DNA of 59,392 nucleotides, counting the filler, from Sphacelaria rigidula (taxonomy: Eukaryota), in the NCBI GenBank assembly GCA_964200075.2. It is 8 parts of 8 records of this genome, joined end to end, with 100 filler letters (N's around TTAATTAATTAA, not from the genome) between each part and the next. Parts side by side here need not be neighbours in the genome. Positions count along the whole stretch, not along the records: positions 22,312 to 29,648 come from CAXNAA020015378.1; positions 29,749 to 37,084 come from CAXNAA020015379.1; 6 more parts are not named here. One strand, written 5' to 3'. How positions within the stretch are numbered: position 1 is the first letter of the stretch; each line of letters opens with the position of its first letter. This document shows, in pieces, positions 22,863 through 34,400 of this stretch. The translations under genes were made by a program, and so were the position numbers. Under the pieces are notes generated by a model, which searched no databases, had not been told where the DNA came from, and saw nothing but the letters and a program-made list of their open reading frames with translations.

Positions 22863-25800
22863 GTCGTACGGGCAGTCGATTCCGGCTTGGTGGCTTTGGC
22901 TTCGGCGGTGGAGGTAGCCGAGCCACCGACACGAGTGGAGCATCATCCTGGGGCTTGAGTGATGGGTTTTCGGGCACCGATGTCGGCACAGGGCCAGAAG
23001 AGACCGGCACACGGTCCAGGTGCGACGCACGTTCGAACTCTGTACGTTTTCTTGGTGATGGACGCCATATTAGCCTTCCGATAATAACGTAGCCATATTC
23101 TGGTGAGTAGATGTACGCCAGGCGACGTTTATGCTTCATCTTAATGTGAAAATACTCTTGCTGCCAAGATTCCAGAGGTCTGGCACTCAAAGCCAGAGGG
23201 CTGGTGTCAAAGGGGTGTGTGTCCCACCTACTGTACGAGTATTTGAACTTCAATGGCCCGCGGTATCGGGTGAGGGATGGATTTTCTTTAAAAACAAAGC
23301 AGCAACGTTTGGACGAGCGTAGTGAATCCCACGTAAAGCATCGCGTCCGCTGTACCCTCTGATATTGATGATGATGCCACCTCGAAACCTGGGTGAGCAC
23401 TGCAAGCGCGAGAAACACCAATCGGGAAAACCATTTTTGCATTTGTGGAACAACCCACTGCGCTAACATGCAAATCCAGCACACGCACAGATTTAGTTAC
23501 TGCACTACTTGTCAATAACTTGTTTGCTGCGTCCACAAACTGCTGGTACAACGTTGCACTCTTCACGGCAACGACAAGCAGGAAATCAAGGGGGAATACA
23601 AGCAGCAGTAGGGGATCACTGACAGCAACCAGCACTGATGGCCGCAACACGGGAGGTGACGACCTACCATCGGGCACTTCCGACTGGTCGGACGGTGAGG
23701 AGGAGAGTGTCTCCAGCCAGGCAAGCTTGGCGTCCTCTGATTTCCTGAGTTCAAGATCATCCGAGGGAGCCAGGAAAATCGACGAGGGCGGAGTGGACAG
23801 GGTAAATCGGTCAATGGCAACGCCATTAAGATACTCTACAGGTCTTAGGTTCAACAGGGGGTTCTATCAAATGAGATTCATCAATGAAATGAGGTTTGAG
23901 GAGGCTAGCCAGTTTGCGACAAAAATCCGAGGGAAGTACCGTCCGCAAGTGCCTTCGATCATTTTCGCGGGTGGCGGGGCGTACTCACTTGTTGCTTGCC
24001 GTAGTCGTTTGACCATTGACCACGCCCCGTCTCGAAAGGTCAATAGTCAAACGACGACGGCAAACAACAAATGAGTACGCCCCGCCCTCCCCCCGAAAAT
24101 GATCGAAGGCACTTGCAGACGGTACTTCCCTCGGGTTTTTGTCGCATACTGGCGAGCCTCCTCAAACCTCATTTCATTGATCAACCTCATTTTATAGAAT
24201 CCCCTGTTGTTTAATGTTCTCTGGAAGCTGCACACGCTTGAGGGGGATTTCATGCCATCGAGTCGTCGAACCTTTGACACGAGGCCCATTTTCGGATGTT
24301 TCCTGCGACAACGTTAAAACCTGGTAGGATCATGCCAAAAGCGTTTGCATTTGCACGCAACGGCTGAAAATGACTACGTCGGCATGGTTCTCCGATTGGC
24401 GCGCGCGGGGGGGGGGAGGGTCTCCAAGAAGTAGCCTCTTCAACGTGTCGCTGCAAGTAGCAAACTACCCCTAAATGCTCTCAGCATCAACATAACGCAC
24501 GCATTGATGCCACCCAGCAATATCCTCAGCCATACACGAGCGCATGACAAGGGTATAAGACCGTACAATACCCGTAAAATTGTTTCTTCCGTCCCATCAA
24601 TCATTCCCGTCCCCTGTTGTAGGATGCTCCTTCGACGAGGGCTGAGGTTGTGCGGGGCGGACAGGAATGTGCGCATGTAAATGCATGACATTCTCTTGTG
24701 GGTGAACATCCGGGAATGACGCCGTATCGTCTCTATTGATAAACGCCGTAGCGTGGAGAGTCAAGCTCTTCGGACTGCCTGATAAGCACCGCCCTTTTGG
24801 CAGTTTGAATCCGTTGTAATGCGTGAGAGGACCGCGTGCTTAGAGGACCGCATCTGAATTTGAACATCCCTAGGGTTGGGGTTAGGGTTAGGGTTAGGGT
24901 TAGGGTCAAAGGCGTGGTTCTTGCAGGGACTGGCCCGATTGGTTTCGGAAAACGTCGATCCTGGGGTGTTTTGGACTACAGTGCGGTCCTCTAAGCACGC
25001 GGTCCTCTCACGCATTACACCGTACGAAGAGAATGAACAGAGCACATTGTCGAAATAGGAGAACCGCAAACTTTCAATATACGACATCATTGAACACCGT
25101 CGTCGGGGTACGATGCGAACCAATCCTTCCCCTCACCCTCAAACAACCCAGTTGGCGGCAGCGGAAACGCATCGAGGGCGCGAGAGTGACGACAGGACGT
25201 CCCCGTTACGGTCTACGGAGTATCCTCCACCTTCTCCATCGGGCTCTGATGAAGAGGGGGTGAGTATTGGTTCCTTCTCGACGAGAAAGTCCGATATGGA
25301 CACGAATGGTGCCTGATGCAAACGCCGAGCGCAACGCGGTGGGCCAAAACAAACCTACGAAACGGGGAAGATGTGCACCGCTTCCGTTCGAAGCTTCTAC
25401 CCTTCGGGGCTATTTTTTTCCTATACCCCCAGATATACTACCATGATGCGCTGGTCGCACTGGTGTAGAGTACGAGCCAAACCGTATATGCCACGAACGA
25501 TTTCGACCTGACCGAAGCCAGATCACCGCACGCGTTTAATTCCTTCTTATGCTCGCTCGCTCCGTGATATGGACATCCTATTGCCAGGATGACATTCGTG
25601 CTCCCGATGAGACCGTGAAAATGAGCAAGAGTGCAAGAGGCACTCACTCAAGCGCGACCACCCCTCCTGGGAGGAAATCATCGACAGGTCTGCGGCACAG
25701 CATCCTGTGGGGTGACTTCGTCGTCCCTGTGAAGCAGGTACCAAGCAAAGACCCTGGAAATAACCCTTCCGCGAGGGATACCGACCTACCAAAGTCCCAA

Positions 25801-27236
25801 CAGGCGGTGGAGCCCCCATACCTCGATCCTCAAGCAAGCAATTCCACGGAAGTCACGCACGAAGCCCATCATGAGACGAGAGCCGCTCGAATGAACTCCG
25901 AGAAATCCGGGGCACCGAGAGGCCATGCCAGCACACGAGAAACGCAGCTCGAGGACGGCAACACGCAACACCAGATTCCCTTAGACGCCAGACATGACAC
26001 CCTCGCTGGCAACGCTGCGCCACCATCACCATCGAGCCCGGCGCACACCACCGGAGCTGGTGCTACCATAAACGCGAGCGATGTTGATGGAGTATCCAAA
26101 GCAGATCAATCGGACCCACAATCAGAGTTTGAGAAACGGCAAGAGGTATTTGGGGGGGGCAGCAGGGGGAAGAGTGATAGCGGTGCCAGCAGGAGTGGTG
26201 GGAGCGGTCGCGCCGTTGGTAGTCGTGGTGGAGGGTGAGTCGGGTATTGGCGTGTAGGAGCAGAGGCTGGGTCCCTGATGGATGATGTGGATTGGTCAAA
26301 TATAGGTCGGTAACATGGAATGGTTGAAGATATAATCAGTAAACGTGTCATGATTGTTACAACCATAGAGCTGTGCCAGGGACAGTGTCGAGAAATTTCG
26401 AAGGATGTGCGGACGCTAGTTTGCGCGGCGTGTATATAGTAGAAACTCATATTGCCCTAGATATTTTCCGCTTGCGATCACGAGTAGGCACTGACTCGTG
26501 CATACCATTGAGTCGAAGTATGAAGAGCGCAGTTTGTAACTCATACATAGGCGGCAATAGGTCATTGTATCTAGGACGCACTACTGTTCACAATTGTTCA
26601 AAACCAGTTGGCGCTTTGCGAGCTCGAACTCACTCGCCTTATTTTCCATATATGTCGAACAATTTGCACAGGGCGAGTACGGAGGAAGAGCCGCCGACAC
26701 ATCACCCTCCACGCTTAGTGTACGATCGCACACGTCTCAATCAACGGGGGACCCAAAGACGCATTCAGAGAGGGGGCTCGATGCCAGACATGTCCTCCGA
26801 GGGTATTGCGAAAATGCGTGCCAGTCAGGTGGGTCAGACTAGAATACCCCACGGCTCTGAACCTATTTCCTCTAAGTTTCTCGGGATACCGGAAGTATGA
26901 AACCCTATGGGAAAGGGGGGTGGGCGGGCGGGGGAGAGTGAGGGGGAGGGGTTACATAAGCCCTCCAATACACTCCAGAAGTTTATGCTCCCTGCGAAAA
27001 ATTCACAGCATTGCGTCGTGGGGAATCTTGAGGTAGAGCTCGTGTACTTACCATCACGGTTCTATGAGAGTCCGAATGGATAACACATGGGCGTCAGGTC
27101 CGCGTCCTCAGTTGTACGATGCATCCTTATCCGCGATTGCTGTGACCACCAGGGTAATGATTTACAGCTGGACGGAGATAGAAGACCAATGGGCGAGGAA
27201 AACGCGAAGGTTGTCGAGTCCTGTGCCGGTGCTTTG
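22863..27236 (+). CDS. Spliced gene of unknown function (Ser/Gly/Pro-rich, probably disordered), partial. Exons 22863-23019, 23339-23392, 23582-23801, 25152-25259, 25588-26234, 26672-26828, 27153-27236; possible further exons to ~28828
   Basis: Seven AG...GT-bounded open segments whose splice phases chain consistently (2,2,0,0,2,0). Donors gtgcga, gtgagc, gtaaat, gtgagt, gtgagt, gtgggt, gtgagt. No recognisable domain. Confidence 0.65.
23852..24209. repeat. Long inverted repeat: arms 23852-24021 and 24038-24209, 16-nt loop, intronic
   Basis: Arms about 90% identical by manual alignment; the inner part is two head-to-head family A modules. Confidence 0.92.
24815..25019. mobile_element. 205-bp MITE with perfect 38-bp TIRs, CCGT target duplication and internal (TTAGGG)n; Ginger-like
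   Basis: TIR TGTAATGCGTGAGAGGACCGCGTGCTTAGAGGACCGCA at 24815-24852, inverse at 24982-25019; CCGT at 24811-24814 and 25020-25023; TTAGGG array ~24871-24905. Confidence 0.85.
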
Positions 27237-27759
27237 GTGAGTATTTACAAATCATTTGCACAAATGTCCTACGCGAATTTGTGCTGCCGCGTAGCTCCTG
27301 CACCACAAGTGTGTAATGGCGCGCGAAGAAGAATTGTGAATATGCTTGTATTCGACTTTAATCTTCGCCCTCCTGAGACAGTCCAGACAGAGTCCGGTGT
27401 TACAACGTCGACGTATAGTAGCAGAGGTCTGGGTGAATGAAGCAGTCGGATTAAGCACACCAAGTGCTCTGCGCCGCCGTAGCATGAACGTTCGTGCGCA
27501 TTCTGTTTGTTGATATCAGCATTTAACAATGTATTCGTGAGCTTGGGAGTAGAGGATACGATTGAGACAAGCAGTAAAATAGTGACTGAATCATTTCAGT
27601 TCTGAAATGCATCTCCCTGAGGCCTGATATGCTTTATTTAGTAGCTCGCCGCTGGGGCCCTTGATATCCCTGAGTAGGATATCGACGTGTAGCTGGAAGC
27701 ACACGCTAGTGATAAAGACAAAGAAAAGTACACACGGAATAAAAAGTTGGCTAGGTTAA

Positions 27760-27820
27760 GCAAATGATCAAAGTCACTCTCAATCAGCATTCTACTCTCA
27801 ATGTAACGAAAACCTTGTTA
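27760..27820 (+). repeat. Dispersed repeat shared with ~52082-52144
   Basis: AATGATCAAAG(T/C)CACTCTCA...TCTACTCTCAAT...ACGAAAA(C/T)CTTGTTA in both scaffolds. Confidence 0.6.
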
Positions 27821-28107
27821 TTTGCTGTAAATGCACGTTTTCGCCGAGAAGAACCAAAAGTTGTGCACCTCACCAAGATGTCCCGTCCTACTTCCTCCCT
27901 CAAAAGGGGGCCGCATCTAGGAAGTGGGAACTACCCGCAGCCGAACAACCTCCAAACAAAGCTACGCTCGCGAGATTTACGGAAGTATCTGGTGATGGCT
28001 CGGCAACAGGCGAAACACCGTGGCCCTCGAACAAGCGTATGTCTCCTTCGGCAAGCAGTCACAATCAAGATTGGGATGAGGTCAGTTGTAACTCGTTCAC
28101 CCCGATT

Positions 28108-28372
28108 GAGTGGTGCTACGGTAGGGATGAGGGTGCACTATAATTTTTTCCCGTTATTCTAATTATAACGAGCCCTCTATCTCATTCCGAAAACAACTTA
28201 TGAAACATGCGAGAGGACGCCACGATTAGCAGTCCAATGGGCAAGGGGCATCCTTGATGAATTTGAGCACGGGATTGTCCTGATCCATATTCCCTCGTAG
28301 CTCTCAACTTTAGGAGTCTCCGAGTAAGAAAGAACTGAACCCGAATGTGCAACCCCTACCGTAGCATGACTC
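28108..28372. mobile_element. MITE family C (TIR ~GAGYRATGCTACGGTAGGGGTGCAC)
   Basis: GAGTGGTGCTACGGTAGGG ... GTGCAACCCCTACCGTAGCATGACTC; same TIR at 54564-54815 and 59301. Confidence 0.7.
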
Positions 28373-29347
28373 GAGTATCACCTTCATCGGGGGGCGTTTC
28401 CTCTCGCTCTCTTTCGTTCATCAATCAACTGCGAAACTTGCGTCAAGACGAGACCACCGTGGTCGCGGACGTTTTTGGAATAGCACCAGCAATGTTGCCC
28501 AGTGTCTACTGTCAAGTATGTGATCGTCGATCATACCGAGCGATCGACGCTCCGTAGAAGGCTTGTGACACAGTGGGGTATATTTGAGGGTTTCGCCAGC
28601 TGGTCGAACGGCGCCCTAAAAGGTTTGCCTTCCGGCATATATAAAATATTTTTTCAAAAATTATCTGCTTTTGCTCACGGTAGAAGCCACGCACAGTAAG
28701 CATGCCGTCACCAAGAACAGCCGGTTCCTAGGGATGTCTCGGGTGGAATCATCGTTGGGGACCGTCACCGCGTTGACGGCGGAAGTCGCACGGGACTCTA
28801 TCCCAAAACAGTTTGTTTTGCAGCTGCAGGTAGGTTTCCCGCAATGCGATCATGACGGCGTTGTCCAAGAGAGTATACCTAGCCCAGTGACGAGACAATT
28901 CATGACTTAGAAATGCACGGAAGCTTCGGCTGCGATAGTGTGAGGGTTAGTGGTAACTGGTCAGGTGCCAGCGGCGACTATAAGGTACAGTGGGACTTCC
29001 GATGGCACCTCAGGTAGGTGCCACTGACACATGCCGGTAGTACCTTTGCACGTCCCATTGGGACGTACTAGTGCCACTGGGACCATGTACGATGATGACG
29101 GGCTTCCGAATTTGAACCGTATTTCCCCGTGAGAGATATGTGGCCAAGTAAAACGGAACGCTAACCACCGAACTTGTCGGGAGGCAGTGTACGCTTCACC
29201 CTCCCATCTATCATGGTGTGCTTATAGCTTGCGATACACAATTTTGTCGCACTTTAGACTTTTATCATTCTGAGGACGAGACAGGGGACTCAAGGAGTCA
29301 ACCTCTGTCTCAAGTTTTCGTCTCGCGGATTCGATCAGCACTCCCCG

Positions 29348-29648
29348 AAAGATGTGGAGAATGGTGAAGAAGATGACAGAATGTGCCAAAAGTGCCGTGA
29401 TGCTAGACGGAAAAATATCGAAATATTTCGATATCTTACGAGGAGTTGCACAAGGATGTATGTACGTTATCACCCACTTTGTTCAAGGTACTTATCAATG
29501 ACTTGATAATAGCAATAGAAGCAGCAAAGCAAGGGGTTCAGGTGGGTGAAGATATGGTATCAGGATTGATGTTCGCGGATGATATTGTAGGGATTTTAGG
29601 AACACCAAAAGGACCACAAACACAGATAGACAAGGCACTAGAAAACAC
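29348..29648 (+). mobile_element. LINE RT fragment, same family as 15033-18594
   Basis: GVAQGC / TLSPTLFKVLINDLIIAIEAAKQGVQVGEDMVSGLMFADDIVG; nucleotide similarity to ~17075-17370. Confidence 0.88.
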
Positions 29649-31431
29649 NNNNNNNNNNNNNNNNNNNNNNNNNNNNNNNNNNNNNNNNNNNNTTAATTAA
29701 TTAANNNNNNNNNNNNNNNNNNNNNNNNNNNNNNNNNNNNNNNNNNNNAGGGGAAATACGAATAAGAGATCATTCTGTTATTTAAGGTATACTCTATGTA
29801 GTGGTTGCAGTGCATATCTGCTGGGGCGGCACACGCCTTTTCGCGTGCCGAAAATCTGGGATTATGTAATGTCATTTTGTATGAGCGTTTTTCCCAGGAA
29901 TTAGTACCCCACTTCATTCCGTGTTGTGTGTCAGTTCTGATTCGGTGGTGGTTTCATCATGTGTGTTATGTGAGAGTGTGATATGATGTGACTGCAGGAC
30001 GTAGTCATGATCTTGGGCAAAAGTGACATTGAATTATGTGACATTTTCATGCTCAATTAGCGGAGAATTCGCTACCCCTTGAGGTTGACGTTCTACGAAG
30101 AGCATGTATTTGAATTCGAAAAAAAAGGTAGTGACCCAACCATGGCATGAATTCACGAGCACGCATTTTGGGATTGTGTATGACCTTAGATATGTTGATT
30201 TAGGGGGCGGCGAAGCGCGTTCACAACAGTAGCCCTGCGCTCACCCTCTCTTCTCTTTCCGGCTTTTGGCTGCGATTCACCGGTTTCCCCATTGGAGTAT
30301 CTACAGACCGCGAGAAAGTGGGCCCCAGAGATGAGAGCAGTAGTCGGGCTGCTGTTTTGTCTGGTGTATTTTTTTGATCAAAGCTTAAGCCTGTTTCGGT
30401 TTGTGTGACAATTGTGTGCTATAACTGAGCTGTAGATGAAGCTCGGATAAAATCAATGGCGTGATAAAAGTGCTATTCTGGTCTGTATTATTTGCTCGTT
30501 GTCTCCTTTGTGAAACGACTGTGGTCAGCCTGCGCTGCTGAACTGAGTGACCAAACAACGTACGCAGAAGTCTGAACCTGGAACAATCTTGGTGAACACC
30601 ATTACAACCTCCACAAAGTGCTTTCACCCACTTTCACATCACAGTTGGAGCTCCCGCACTGCCTCTACTGTACTTTGTTTTCAGCTGCGTTGTGTTCAGA
30701 CTGCCGACCTGCCGTGTACACACACCACCACTGTGTGCCTTGCATACGCATCCCTTTTGTTTGTTCATCGTCTAGCCGTCTGTAGTTGCTGCTCTGTCCT
30801 CTATCCCTGGTAAGATGAGTTCAAGGGTCTCTGATACACTGGACGCTCGCACCCTGCGCCGCCTCCGACGCGAACGTACGCGAGCAATAGCACTTGCCCC
30901 CCCACCATCCTCATCTTCTCGTCCCAGCTGCCTATCTGTAGAAACTGCCCCAGCAATGATACCCATCTACTCTGTAGTGGATGCGAGTCGCCAGGTAGAG
31001 TCCAATTTATACCGTGACTATCCTGCCTCGTTCCATATTTTTCCACATGAGCTGCCCGTACATAATCAGATACCAACTCTTTTCTACCACCACCGGCACT
31101 GTATCAGCGTGCACCCTTTCGCTACACCCACCCCGCCGCATGTAACCCCGGCCTTTTATTCTTCAGTAGCTCATGTTGACCGTCTCTTGCTGTCTCAAAA
31201 TTTGCTCACCGTGTAGCACATTTTTTTATGCCCAGCCTGGGTGTTGACTGTACATCATCTGACCCCACCCTGTACTACGTATGCGAACCCAACATCCGTA
31301 ATAGCACTCCCGAAACACCGTCTTCCCAAGGTCATGTGTTCATCCAGTATATTTCGTGGACTCCGGTCTGGACAACTCGTCCACATACTCTCTCTCATAC
31401 CTTTTGAGCTCGCCCCTCCCTGTCTTTTCCG

Positions 31432-34400
31432 GTGGCCTGGCCGACCCCCACCACGCCCACAGCCTCCTACAATAGATCCTTTGCCTCTTCCAATTCCAAT
31501 ACAACACCCCGATCACTCATTACCCTTCTTCTTTCTACACTGACTGTGCCGCGCACCCGCGCAGGTACACAAGCGATGTCTAATTCCCCGGCTTCGCTAG
31601 AGCTACGTGCTGATGACGAAGGCACATCCTCTTCCGAATCCGGTGAACTACTGCTTGCGCCAGACACAGTCTTGCATGATCCAGTCATTGAAAGCGTAGA
31701 GGATGATGATGATGCCCAATCTCAGTCGGGAGGAATTCCCCTCTCTACGATGCCCGACGTACAGCCAGAACTTGATTTCCCACTGTATGCCGCCACCGCT
31801 CAAATTCTTACCAGTGACACTAGACACGTCGACTCTACTGCTAGTGGTAACCATTCGGTTCGTGATCATTCCCCTGCTGAGCCCTACGCTTCTGACGTCG
31901 TAGCCTCGATGAGTGGTCGTGCGTCGGAAAAAACCCGTCTACGCGCCTACCCAAGAAAGCACGCGACAAAGCGAAGACCCAGTTCAAACATAGCCGTCCC
32001 GCTGCTATTCCAACCCACGCGTGGGACAAATTTTCCCGCGAGGAACAAGCCGCGTACTGGGACGACTTGTTGGTCCAGCCAGTACAAGCGCAAGCAGAAC
32101 GTAAGAACCGTGAAGCTTTCGAGCGCGCTCAAGAAATACAGCGCGTCCGTCATGAGGTCGAAGCCAAACGCAAAGCCTTGGCGGACGGGCAGAACAAGGA
32201 AGCCCGCCTCCTCCGGCAAACCGCCAAGACTTTGCATGCGGCTAAAGCCCGATATGAACAAGCTTTACAACAAGACAATACGACGGCGGAACAATCTACG
32301 TATCGCATTTCCGTCACTCAATCCTCACTCGACGAGCAGACGAGACAGTTACGTCTGCTCACCCGCGATCCCATCGACATTGAATCCGATTCTGATCACT
32401 CATCCACTGGCTCACCTGCACCTTCCAACGCCACTCCGAATGTCGCCCCTCTCGCAACGGGACTCCCTCCCATGCCACCTGAGACGATCACCCCCGGCGT
32501 TTCAACCACGCTTGGTGTGCCCCCCCAAGTTCCCCGCGGCAAGACGCCCCCTACATATGCCCCCACAGCCAACCAATCACTCTCCACTAAACCCCCTCAC
32601 CCAATCCTGGTGCCTAAGGCTACTCGTTCCGACGGGCTTGATCTCTGATGTAGAATCTTTGGCAGCTGTTCCCCTCTACGATTTTGTCCACGACCCTGAC
32701 GCCCTCCTTACCTACGCGTGTCAGGCACAGCGTCTCACTGTTCCAGTCACTGACAATTCAATCAAGATTCTCAATTGGTTTCCGAAACACACCGAGACCG
32801 TAACGTTAGCAGGCGTCGTTCAATGCATCCGTTCCAACCCACGTTCCGAAATTAGTCTCGCGTTACGGCATGAGAGCGTCGGGTCCCTCATCGGGCTATT
32901 CACGGAAATTGAGCAGGTACGCCTGACAGTACACGGCCCTGCTGATGGTACGGACCGTTCATACCCTACTCCCACTAGTCACCTTCAGCCAGGTCACGTC
33001 GGGCACAATTCAATGGACAGTGGCGGCAGTTGGACTGTCCAAGGGAAAGGGAAAAACCGTCTCAAGGATAGTGGTAAATCTCACATTTCGCCGCAGTCAC
33101 GATCTCGCCGCCACCGTCGCCCTTCATTCGACAGTGAGTCGGACAGCACTGACGGGTCTCATAATGACACAAGTGCGACCGCCTCACGTCCGACGCCCCC
33201 CACTTTGAGCGATTTCCTTCCGCTATCATCCACAGTCGCCAAACAACGTCACCCTCAGATCAAAATCAAACAAGCGGAGGATGCTACCAAACCTGCTAAC
33301 CGCCGCGTACAGCTTGCCCCCTCGGCTCCCACCCCTCCATCCAGTGAACCTTCCCCCTCTTCCACGGACCGACAGGCACACATTCAGGCTGTACGCCACC
33401 AGTACAAGAACTTGGACCCGAAAATTGTAGGCAAGGTCAAGCCTTCACTACCCTTTCCTGCCGGATGTGGTGTAAGCCTTTCTTGCAGCCAGTTACGACA
33501 ATCCCTCACTACTGTAGTTACTGATATCCTCTCACACTGCGACGACACATTCGTCGACCTTGAGACCAGTGATTGGGTAGATGGCTGGCTTCGACCTTTG
33601 CAAAAGACTTTGGAGGGTGCCATCGATTTCAGTTCTCCCGAGGCATCTAAATTGTCCAATATGCTTGACCACCACTTCGCACAAGCCGCACTCTCCCTCA
33701 CTCTCGGTAATGGCGGTTACACCGCTTTCGCCCTTCTCCTCAGACTCATCAGTTTATCCCTGGACACCACCCACGAAGGCGAGTCACTCGAACGCCTACT
33801 ATCGTTTAAGGTACCCGTTGACACCCCTTTTGACCACTACCTCAAGGAATTTTGCACTTTTAATTTCGGTTACGGTAAACGGTGGCAGAGAACCTGTCCC
33901 ATCACACGAAATGGTGGTGAGTCTTTTCCGTTCCAATATGGGACGCCAATACCCTAGCCTCATGCCAACCGTCTTCGTCGGTACCGCAGCGACGTCACCG
34001 GTCCCGGTTTCAACCTTGGACGCCATGTGGACGAAATTAGATCAACTCCGGTCCAACCGCACTCCGGCATTAGATGTGACGGATGCACAACAGAGTGGCT
34101 CCTCCGCAACCCACAACGGCCCTTCTGTACGGCACAGCCACCATGCTTCCGCCACCCTTTTGCCTCACCCAGTTGCCGCCCCACCTGCGTCTCACTCCCA
34201 ACCACCACCTTCTAACACAAGCCAACGCCCATGGATTCCTGCGTCTATGGCCTCTACTGCGGAGGTCATGTTCGCACACACCCCCGACGCATTCAACAGT
34301 CGTTTTCCAAGCTAGCCCTTCGCGACGGAAATTTGGCCGGAACTGTTTCAGGTAAGCACTTCGATGAACACAACAGACCCCCCCCCTCTGGACTAGTACC

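Noticed and set aside
23852..24209. Penelope-like inverted LTR with hammerhead ribozyme
   Set aside because: No CUGAUGA...GAAA core with proper stems and no GIY-YIG or Penelope-type RT nearby.
24871..24905. Chromosome end or true telomere
   Set aside because: Only about 6 units, internal to a TIR element inside an intron.
30640..30830. Primer-binding site candidates for the Gypsy-like element (TGGAGCTCCCG, TGGTAAGATG)
   Set aside because: No confident match to a tRNA 3' end and no second LTR to define the boundary.
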